Source of the DNA: Candidatus Baldrarchaeum yapensis
Lineage (GTDB): Archaea > Asgardarchaeota > Baldrarchaeia > Baldrarchaeales > Baldrarchaeaceae
Assembly (NCBI GenBank): GCA_016840465.1
Contig: JAEOSH010000006.1
Span: 46,771 to 78,770, forward strand
DNA length: 32,000 bases
Direction of reading: 5' to 3'
In this document: positions 24,860 through 32,000 of the stretch, piece by piece
Position numbering within the stretch: the first letter of the stretch is position 1
How the letters are laid out: every line of letters begins with the position of its first letter
The notes under the pieces: generated by a model
The model's input: only the letters and a program-made list of their open reading frames with translations
Databases searched by the model: none
What the model was told of the DNA's origin: nothing
Position numbers and translations under genes: made by a program

Positions 24860-26602
24860 TTAAGCAGCGATTCCTCTCTTCTTTATTTCCTCCTCTCTCA
24901 GAACTCTTCTCAGAAGCTTTCCAACTATGGTTCTCGGAAGTTCGTCCCTTATCTCTATCTCCTTTGGAACCTTATATGGCGCTAAGTTCTTCTTGCAATG
25001 TTCCAATAGTTCTTCTGTCGTAACCTTGCCCTTGTACTCCTCCTTGAGGACCACAAACGCCTTTATCCACTCACCAACCGCGGGATCCGGCACTCCTATA
25101 ACTGCTGCGTCCTTAACCGCCGGATGCTTGAATAGCACCTCCTCTATCTCCCTCGGATACACGGACCATCCCTTGTACTTTATCAACTCCTTCTTCCTAT
25201 CAAGTACGTAGAAGTACCCATCCTTGTCCATGTAACCTATGTCTCCAGTTCTCAACCAAATCTTCCCATCAACCTCTATTAATGTCTCTTTTGTCTCCTC
25301 CGGTCTATTCCAGTATCCTTTCATAACCTGAGGTCCACTTACAACCAGTTCGCCTATGTTTTCATCCTTGGGATTGTTCGGATCCTCTGCAGGTGGAAGG
25401 AATTCCGGCTTCTCAAGATGCATGATCCCTGCATCGGTATTAGGAAACGGAACACCTATACTTCCGACCTTACGTAGTTTGGGATCTAAGGGGTTGCAGT
25501 GGGTCACCGGAGAGGCCTCAGTAAGTCCATACCCCTCACAGATAATAGCGCCAGTGAGTTTCTCAAATGTCTCTTGGATCGCCTTTGGCAAAGGTCCTGC
25601 TCCACTAATACCAGCCTTCAGAGACTTTAGGTTATACTTCGTAACCTTAGGGTGATTGTTAATTGCATTATAGATCGTGGCAACTGCAGGGAATAGGGTT
25701 ACTTGGTGCTTCTCGATCTCTTTCATCACCTCCTCAGCATCAAACCTCGGAAGAACCACAATCTTCGCACTCATTGCAACTCCGCCATTAAGCGTGACCG
25801 TCTGGCCATATGAGTGATACCACGGCAGAACCGCAAGTACCGTTTCAACACCCTTCTTTCCGCCAATCCATGCGTTACATTGAAGAGCATTCGCAACCAT
25901 GTTGTAATGCGTCAGCATTGCGCCCTTAGGAAGCCCGGTGGTTCCACCAGTGTACAGGAGAACAGCAGCGTCTTCCTTCGGATTTATCTGACCGGATACA
26001 TCAGGAGGATTTGGCGCATACTTCTTAAGAAGATCCAGCATGAAGTAGATGCCTTCTTTTGGTTCGATCTTTGCGGTCGGTATCTTCTTGAAAAACTTAC
26101 CGAGTACTCTCTTCGCGGTTGGCAGGAAATCACCAAGATTTGTGACAATTATCCGCTTGACCTTCGTTTTCTCTATTGTGTCCTTCACTCTGCTGTAGAG
26201 GACATCCAATATGACTAGGGTTTCCGCACCGCTGTCATTTAACTGGAACTCCACCTCTCTTGGGCTGTACAGAGGGTTAAGAGTCGTTACAGTGGCTCCG
26301 GCTCTCAGAGCACCATAATACGCGATTGCGAACTGCGGACAGTTGGGCAACATGATAGCCACGCGGTCCTTAGGCTTCACCCCAAGATCTGCAAGCGCAG
26401 TCGCAAACCTATCCACCAACTCGTCTAGCTCCCTGTAGGTGATGTCCTTACCTAGGAAGTGTATCGCGACCTTATCCGGAAACTCCTTCGCAGCCTCCTT
26501 AAGCAACTCATCTATCCTTATTTGGGGTATCTCTATTTCCTTTGGAACATCGGGAAGGTAAAACTTGAACCATGGACGATCCGGGGGGACACCCACATGC
26601 AT
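24860..26602 (-). CDS. Long-chain fatty-acid--CoA ligase (FadD-like)
   Basis: YTGGTTGLPKGAMLTH, EGYGLTEASP, GPQVMKGYW, WLRTGDIG and PRTIVGKLLRR. Confidence 0.94.
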   Translation of the reverse strand: MHVGVPPDRPWFKFYLPDVPKEIEIPQIRIDELLKEAAKEFPDKVAIHFLGKDITYRELDELVDRFATALADLGVKPKDRVAIMLPNCPQFAIAYYGALRAGATVTTLNPLYSPREVEFQLNDSGAETLVILDVLYSRVKDTIEKTKVKRIIVTNLGDFLPTAKRVLGKFFKKIPTAKIEPKEGIYFMLDLLKKYAPNPPDVSGQINPKEDAAVLLYTGGTTGLPKGAMLTHYNMVANALQCNAWIGGKKGVETVLAVLPWYHSYGQTVTLNGGVAMSAKIVVLPRFDAEEVMKEIEKHQVTLFPAVATIYNAINNHPKVTKYNLKSLKAGISGAGPLPKAIQETFEKLTGAIICEGYGLTEASPVTHCNPLDPKLRKVGSIGVPFPNTDAGIMHLEKPEFLPPAEDPNNPKDENIGELVVSGPQVMKGYWNRPEETKETLIEVDGKIWLRTGDIGYMDKDGYFYVLDRKKELIKYKGWSVYPREIEEVLFKHPAVKDAAVIGVPDPAVGEWIKAFVVLKEEYKGKVTTEELLEHCKKNLAPYKVPKEIEIRDELPRTIVGKLLRRVLREEEIKKRGIAA

Positions 26603-26776
26603 CCACTCCTTCTCTCCACGTTTGAGAAAAATATCTGAGAACTACCATGTATATACCTTACTGTCATCATTTTATTCTATCATTCATCGATATTGCTGAG
26701 AGAGTCTAAGTTTATAGTTTAATTCACCATCTTCATTTTCTCCAGAAATGCCCTAATGCTCCAATTCGACAATCAA

Positions 26777-27502
26777 CTAATCCTCCTCACCGCCACTTAG
26801 CAGTTTTATAAGGAACAATACTGCTGCAATCAGCAAAACTTTGATTCGTTTAAGAAACACGATAGTTTTCTTTACTAATCCGTAATCACTTCGCTTCTTG
26901 GAAACTATATAACTGATTACAAAGAATCCTATCGTTGCTACTATTATCGAAACCATGGTGAGTGTATCTCCCATAAACACAAAAACAGGCTCCAATGTGA
27001 CCACCGTAACCACGTACATAAGAGCCAGCCCTACTTTCCCGAGCCAACATGCAAGAAATGCTCTGTAAAAGGAATATCGTCTAGCACCCATGTAAATTAG
27101 AAGTAAATCGTCAGGTAATGGAGTGAGCGCAAATAAGAATACGGCCTCATCACCATACTCCGTTAAAACTTTATCAAACCAGTTTATAAACTCCCGAAAT
27201 CTCTCTGGGAACTCTATAACCTTCTCGCGTCTGCTGATAACGTAATCCATGGTCATCTTACCAAAGTACCCTATGACGTAACTGAACATCTCTCCTAACG
27301 CCGCGCCTGCACCGAAAAGTACAGCAAATTCAAATTGATGTGCCCATGATCTCAGTAGGACCACCATTAATACAGTTGCCGGAAAGAACGAGAAAAAGAC
27401 CCCAAATGACATGAAGAAACCTATTAAGAACGACGCCAAATACGGATTCACAGTCACTATCTCCTTTAACACCTGGTACAACGAATCCGCCGAGGTCATC
27501 AC
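26777..27502 (-). CDS. DedA/VTT (SNARE-associated) membrane protein
   Basis: Several hydrophobic helices, GAALGEMFSYVIG and FALTPLPDD. Confidence 0.82.
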   Translation of the reverse strand: MMTSADSLYQVLKEIVTVNPYLASFLIGFFMSFGVFFSFFPATVLMVVLLRSWAHQFEFAVLFGAGAALGEMFSYVIGYFGKMTMDYVISRREKVIEFPERFREFINWFDKVLTEYGDEAVFLFALTPLPDDLLLIYMGARRYSFYRAFLACWLGKVGLALMYVVTVVTLEPVFVFMGDTLTMVSIIVATIGFFVISYIVSKKRSDYGLVKKTIVFLKRIKVLLIAAVLFLIKLLSGGEED

Positions 27503-27715
27503 ATCACCAGATTATGTAAAATTCCATAAGGACTCCTAGTGGATTTCCGAGTTTTCCAAAAAGACCTCCATCAGGTACTTATATTTTTCCCATGCGGATC
27601 ATTAGGGCCTCTAAACGGTACGATTTGGCGATAAAAATCCATAATAGCTTTTTTTCTTCTACAACTAGTACCTTATATCATATTCTCGCGAATTCTATAT
27701 TGGGAGTGAGTCTAT

Positions 27716-28637
27716 GTGCCATTGACCACATACATGAGAACAAGGTACAAAGTGCTAAGAAAGTTAGAGGAGAAGTCGCTGGAGGAATTCCATGACTTGA
27801 GAAAAATTCTGCTATCTGACGCAATAGCCTATAAAAAGGTACTGTACGAAGAAACAAATGGCAAAAAAGTGCTTGAATACCTTTATGACTTCGGCAACTT
27901 TCTCTTAAAGGACGCCTACTGGTCGATATACGTAATAGGAGAATCGGAGGCGGCTCTTAATAGTTTTTACGAATTATTTAATCGAAAGATGGAAGAGTTG
28001 CGAAAACTGTATAAACATCGCGCAAGCATACCAATAAGAGCAAAGAAACTGCCAAGAAAAACTAGGAGGATTTGCGCAGCAATAATAATGCTAAAGATGG
28101 GGTTCTCTAGGAACTTTCACAAGGAAATAAAAACTATAGACGGAAAATTGAAGCCCCATTTTGTAAAGCATGACGTGGCGGCCATCATAAGCAACGATAG
28201 AGTCGACTTTTATTCTCAATCTAAATTCGATAAAAAAAATTCTCGAGCAATTTAAAAACACATGTGTAAGGGTCTTCGGAAAATACATTTTCGATGAAAA
28301 TCAGCAAATTCCATCTAAAGGCTCTCACAGTACCATACGTAGGATAGCAAGCAGACTGCTGAGGGGCGCTGGTAAAGTCTTAATAAGAAGCATCACATCT
28401 CAAAATTGGTTGGTTCTCTTCGTATCACCTAAAACAAACATCCTAACACTGCTTCGGAAAGTTGATCCTCCCATAGAGATATGCTTTAACATCAAGAAAT
28501 TTGGATACATCCTCAGCGGTCATATTACTCTCAGCACTCAATGTACTGAGATGAAAGATGATGCAACGAGAAGGAAGATAGCAACATTAGTAAGGTATTA
28601 TAGTGACATGTACCGCGAAGAATTACGCGACTTTTAA
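27716..28637 (+). pseudogene. Orphan gene of about 306 aa split by a +1 frameshift at an A8 tract (28232-28239)
   Basis: ORF 27716-28255 overlaps a stop-free +1 frame at 28191-28637 that has no ATG near its start. Removing one A gives ...SKFDKKILEQFKNTCVRVFG...YREELRDF*. Confidence 0.6.
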
Positions 28638-28901
28638 CAAACATATTTGAGGTCTTAAATAATACAGAGAGCGTATGACCGACTGACAACGAACTTTCCA
28701 TAAAAGTGAAGAACTCCAGAAGACACTCGGTATAATGCCTTCTATAAGCGTGTATGAACTCCATCCAAAACTATAACTCAAAATAACAATACAATGAATC
28801 CTTAAGATCCTGTGCAAATGCCTACGCACATGAGTACAAGTACAGCAATGAATACAAACTCCCTCTTGAAATTTGTGCTATAAGAAGAAAGAGGATCTTG
28901 G

Positions 28902-29660
28902 CTATAGGGACACGCTGGCCAAACGGCCCTCATATATTACCTCTGATTTTCTCGTGCGGACATCCACTCTCGTTATACGAACCCTTCTATCCGAAAACAC
29001 CTCTATGAGGTTAAACGAAGGAGCAGTCCGGGCCTTAACCCTCATAGTCATAGCGGTTCCTGCGTTCAAAATGAGCATGTCATTTAACCTCCAAATCCAT
29101 GGAACATGCTTATGACCGCAAAGGGCAATGTTCACTCCCACCTCGCAGATCACCCTGAGAAAGTCTCCACAATCCACGGGTATATTCCTCTCTCTTCCAG
29201 TACCTGGCACCGGGATCAAGTGATGATGAAGAGCTATTACCTTAATGGTGTTCTCCTCGTGTTTGAACTCTCTCCGGACAAGATCATAGGCGAGTCTTCC
29301 TATGTGGCCATCATCGACATCCGGCTCGCTAGAATCGATCCCTAGGATTTTAATGTTTCCCACCTTGAGAACTGGATGCCTAGTACCGAAAATTTCCTCA
29401 AAAATTAAGTATCCTGCATTCCTCGCATCATGATTTCCGGGAACCACAAGCTTGTGACGTGCTGGCATTTGATCTATGACCTCTTTCGCCCACTCATACT
29501 CAAAATAGTATCCGTTATCAGTGATATCCCCCGTTATTACTAAAACGTCGGGCATAACCTCGTTCAGAAACTCTATAACGCTTCTTTTTAACTCCTCAGA
29601 ATAACCTTCTCCTCTAACATGTAAATCGGAAACATGCGCAATTGTAATTTTCTCGTCCAT
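28902..29660 (-). CDS. Calcineurin-like metallophosphoesterase
   Basis: HVSDLH, ITGDITD, PGNHD, ALHHH and LCGHKH. Confidence 0.92.
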   Translation of the reverse strand: MDEKITIAHVSDLHVRGEGYSEELKRSVIEFLNEVMPDVLVITGDITDNGYYFEYEWAKEVIDQMPARHKLVVPGNHDARNAGYLIFEEIFGTRHPVLKVGNIKILGIDSSEPDVDDGHIGRLAYDLVRREFKHEENTIKVIALHHHLIPVPGTGRERNIPVDCGDFLRVICEVGVNIALCGHKHVPWIWRLNDMLILNAGTAMTMRVKARTAPSFNLIEVFSDRRVRITRVDVRTRKSEVIYEGRLASVSL

Positions 29661-29669
29661 CCTGCCACC

Positions 29670-30071
29670 TCACACTCTCTCCATCCTGATTTTCTCTCCA
29701 TCCTTAACCCTGCGAAAAATCTTCGGATCTCCCTCTATTTTTGCAAAAACATTCACAGGACTGTATGCTCTTATCTCGTCCCCTTTACTTGCAGGTGTTT
29801 GTCCAAAGAATATGCATATCGACCTGCCAGGCGGCCAATACGCAACATCTCCCTCCTCCACGACCTCCTGAGCGTTTTCCTCCTCCAACTCAACCGGTAC
29901 CTCAAAGTAAACCTCATCACCCCACCGCTCCGCAGTCCCCTCGAGTGGCAATGCACTCCATATCGCATCTGCGGTCCTCGGATTTCGTCCCTCTAATATC
30001 TTGGCAATAACCTCACCTGCACTCTCGGAAATTATCTTTATTCGTCGCTTCCCGGCACCCACTTCAACCAC
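29670..30071 (-). CDS. Cyclophilin-like fold protein (DUF369-type)
   Basis: WGDEVYF, GDVAYWPPGRSICIFFG and SPVNVFAKI. Confidence 0.85.
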   Translation of the reverse strand: MVEVGAGKRRIKIISESAGEVIAKILEGRNPRTADAIWSALPLEGTAERWGDEVYFEVPVELEEENAQEVVEEGDVAYWPPGRSICIFFGQTPASKGDEIRAYSPVNVFAKIEGDPKIFRRVKDGEKIRMERV

Positions 30072-30143
30072 CGAATCAATACTATATCCCTGACGTTTAA
30101 GACTTTTGAGAGAAGTCCCGTCTCACGATCCGGTACAGAGAGG

Positions 30144-30728
30144 ATGTGCGCCAACATTAATTCTTTAATAATACGCAAACTTAACGAGGATATTGAAGAA
30201 GTAAAAGTGGAGGTAATGACATTGGCGGTCGGGAGATTCCAGGTAATGGCGATCCTGCAAGCCGCCCGCGCGTATGTGCTCGGTCTCCCGCTACCAATGG
30301 CAAAAAGCTGGGGTCTTAATAGAGCAATATTCTACGCGGCCGCAAAGAGGGGATTCAAGCGCATGAGAATGCCCCCGGCAAGACCGAGATCTACCGATGA
30401 AATCTCGCAAAAACCCGTGGAGAGAAAAGACAACGTCTTTTACCTCGGGGATGAATACGCGTACATCACACAAGAGGGAGACAAAGTTTACTTCATGATA
30501 GGAAATAAGCCCCAAACGGAAGAGGACTTCTACAGGCAGGTGGAATCTCGTTTCGGAAAGGCATTCCAAAAAGTATGGGAGGAGGCCGTAAGGCTCGTTG
30601 AACAATTCAGTCCTAAAACTCTCCTCTCGCAAAGAGAATTCTACAACAGAGTTTACCTCCCACGGAGAGATATACTCGCAAAAAAGTGGAGCGAGCTTGT
30701 TAAAGAAATGTCAGAAAGCGGAGAATGA
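30144..30728 (+). CDS. Conserved hypothetical protein; likely start ATG 30216
   Basis: GRFQVMAILQAARAY...AKSWGLNRAIFYAAAKRG block. GGAGG SD before ATG 30216. Confidence 0.8.
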   Translation: MCANINSLIIRKLNEDIEEVKVEVMTLAVGRFQVMAILQAARAYVLGLPLPMAKSWGLNRAIFYAAAKRGFKRMRMPPARPRSTDEISQKPVERKDNVFYLGDEYAYITQEGDKVYFMIGNKPQTEEDFYRQVESRFGKAFQKVWEEAVRLVEQFSPKTLLSQREFYNRVYLPRRDILAKKWSELVKEMSESGE

Positions 30729-31265
30729 TCACTTCCTCTTTAAAACAAACTCCCACTCACACCATAGATCCGGTGGGTGCTTGTCTGGCGGGCAAACGCG
30801 GCATATCACCTCAATGTCTGGGTTTATCTCCTTGGCAAATTCCTGTAAATACGTCCATCGAACCCTCTTACAAGGAAATTCCTCAAGCCCCGCCTTGAGT
30901 CTTGCCTTTTGTGTCCTGCAACTCCTGATTCTCAGAACTGCACGATCCTCGTGAATTTCGATCTCTTTACCCTCCTGGTATATTGCCCAGCTGGTTGCCC
31001 TTAGTGCCTCTATCACCTCCTTAACTCCACTACCCTTGATTTCCAACAATTTGACGAGATCCCGGGCCTCCCTTCTTGCCATGTTTTTCCAACACTCGAC
31101 ATCTATCTCGGTCGCCGCCTCGGTGCCAAAACGTCTCTCTATACCCAGAAAGTAGAACCCATCCACTCTCCATATGTTCCTTATCTGAAGGAGAAGGAGA
31201 TCAACAAGCTTCTCCTTCGGTAGCGAGAGCAACCACTCTCTATCTTCCAGTGACATAACCACCAC
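30729..31265 (-). CDS. DUF6125 / ATC-hydrolase-like protein
   Basis: WRVDGFYFLGIERRFG, CRTQKARLKAGLEEFPC and CRVCPPDKHPPDLWCEWEF. Confidence 0.82.
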   Translation of the reverse strand: MVVMSLEDREWLLSLPKEKLVDLLLLQIRNIWRVDGFYFLGIERRFGTEAATEIDVECWKNMARREARDLVKLLEIKGSGVKEVIEALRATSWAIYQEGKEIEIHEDRAVLRIRSCRTQKARLKAGLEEFPCKRVRWTYLQEFAKEINPDIEVICRVCPPDKHPPDLWCEWEFVLKRK

Positions 31266-31434
31266 CTTAGGAGCCGCTGATAGTATATCGAGATGAAAGT
31301 AAAGATCAGCCTATCGCTCAGAAAGCCGCACCCTCCGTACGATTTTGAAACAGATGATAAATTTCATACATGTATATTGAAGAAACTTCTCAGTTGCTGG
31401 AGGCTGTTTCATAATTTTACAAAAGTAAAGGGGA

Positions 31435-31467
31435 GGGTCTATAGGGGCGGGCCGCCCCCATAGACCC
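31435..31467 (+). promoter_or_regulatory. GC-rich hairpin ending at the base immediately before the transposase ATG
   Basis: GGGTCTAT-A-GGGGCGG-G-CCGCCCC-C-ATAGACCC, then ATG at 31468. Confidence 0.7.
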
Positions 31468-32000
31468 ATGCAACCCCTCACAAACCAGCCCACAAGTATA
31501 CCACGTGAGTGCAACGTTATTAAAGCTATCATCGATGCGGCAACCCGGCTAGCGCCGAGGGAACGGGAGAGACGATGCCGAAGGGGACGACCGCCGAAGT
31601 ACGAGCTCTGGCAGCTGGCCGCACTCTGCGCGTTAAAGGCACTCCCCAACCTGACGTTCAAGAGAACCGCGGAGCTCGCACCCCTCATCGTGGGAGCATC
31701 CCCCAGCCCCGCAACAATCCACAGGGCGTGGGCAAAGCTCAAGGACTGGGCAATGAAAACGGCCGCGAAAATGGCCGGAAGCCCCAACCTCCTAGTCGCA
31801 GACTCCACCGGAATCCCACACCGCCGAAAGGGCCTCAAATTCAAAGTGCACTTCCTCTACGACATACGATCCGACATCGTGGTGGCGGCAACCGCAACTC
31901 ACGGCTCCACAGCCGACATTCAGGGCTACAGGGCGCTCCTGAAATTCGTCCCTGAAAAGGCCATCGTCCTCGCGGACTCCGCGTACTCCGGCAGGGGCGT
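31468..32000 (+). CDS. DDE transposase (DDE_Tnp_1, IS5-like), 5' part only; missing from the ORF track because no stop falls in the window
   Basis: My translation: MQPLTNQPT...RRGRPPKYELWQL...PSPATIHRAW...LLVADSTG...KFKVHFLYD...HGSTADI...IVLADSAYSGRG. The first and second catalytic Asp are in ADSTG and ADSAY. Confidence 0.88.
   Translation, partial: MQPLTNQPTSIPRECNVIKAIIDAATRLAPRERERRCRRGRPPKYELWQLAALCALKALPNLTFKRTAELAPLIVGASPSPATIHRAWAKLKDWAMKTAAKMAGSPNLLVADSTGIPHRRKGLKFKVHFLYDIRSDIVVAATATHGSTADIQGYRALLKFVPEKAIVLADSAYSGRG

Larger units (their letters stand above)
31399..32000 (+). mobile_element. Insertion sequence, IS5/IS4-like, truncated by the window edge
   Basis: Abrupt rise in GC and a DDE transposase ORF. 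The putative left end GGAGGCTGTTTCATAA is at about 31399-31414; the right end is not visible, so the boundary is unconfirmed. Confidence 0.75.

Noticed and set aside
27716-28255. Faint tyrosine-recombinase-like segment (RRICAAIIMLKMGF)
   Set aside because: The HxxR and catalytic Tyr pattern is absent, and no att-like repeats or tRNA are nearby.
28638-28901. Hydrophobic minus-strand fragments suggesting a decayed membrane-protein gene
   Set aside because: The pieces are short, in different frames, and have no identifiable motif.
178-31258. Numerous 60-160 aa ORFs antisense to or nested in the called genes
   Set aside because: They overlap well-supported genes, lack SD motifs and family signatures, and are typical shadow ORFs.
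31311-31955. ORF-track entries 31311-31844 (-) and 31575-31955 (+)
   Set aside because: These are shadow frames of the GC-rich transposase. The real frame starts at 31468.

Overview
Archaeal chromosomal window, mostly housekeeping and metabolic genes. Evidence for Archaea: archaeal-type ProRS, GGTGA Shine-Dalgarno motifs, TATA promoters and a box C/D guide RNA. A longin-like protein hints at an Asgard-related lineage (inference). Contents in order: a divergent IscS-IscU locus, an uncharacterised Fe-S/ferredoxin operon, an acyl-CoA ligase next to HIT and a LipM-like gene, and a GvpD-type KaiC ATPase. Next come a longin-SHOCT-wHTH protein, a ChrB_N/Cas2-like protein, sirtuin plus RNase J, a DUF4910 peptidase, an MBL hydrolase, a DUF234 ATPase and proS. 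The rest holds a degenerate KaiC protein with a second GvpD-type ATPase, SWIM, GNAT, DUF488, malate dehydrogenase, a second acyl-CoA ligase, DedA, a frameshifted orphan, a metallophosphoesterase and several small conserved proteins. A GC-rich IS5-like transposase, absent from the ORF track, runs off the right edge. Highlights outside the ORF track: (1) a complete box C/D sRNA at 9643-9705 (-) whose D' guide matches the conserved 16S GGGUAGUCC motif; (2) a perfect 24-bp inverted repeat containing three CTACT-N4-AGTAG boxes over the TATA box of the DUF234 ATPase; (3) an IscS that keeps the PLP Lys and persulfide Cys but has lost the usual substrate-binding residues; (4) four convergent gene pairs whose stop codons abut with no gap. 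No CRISPR array, tRNA or rRNA was found. All family assignments come from motif recognition by eye, not database searches.
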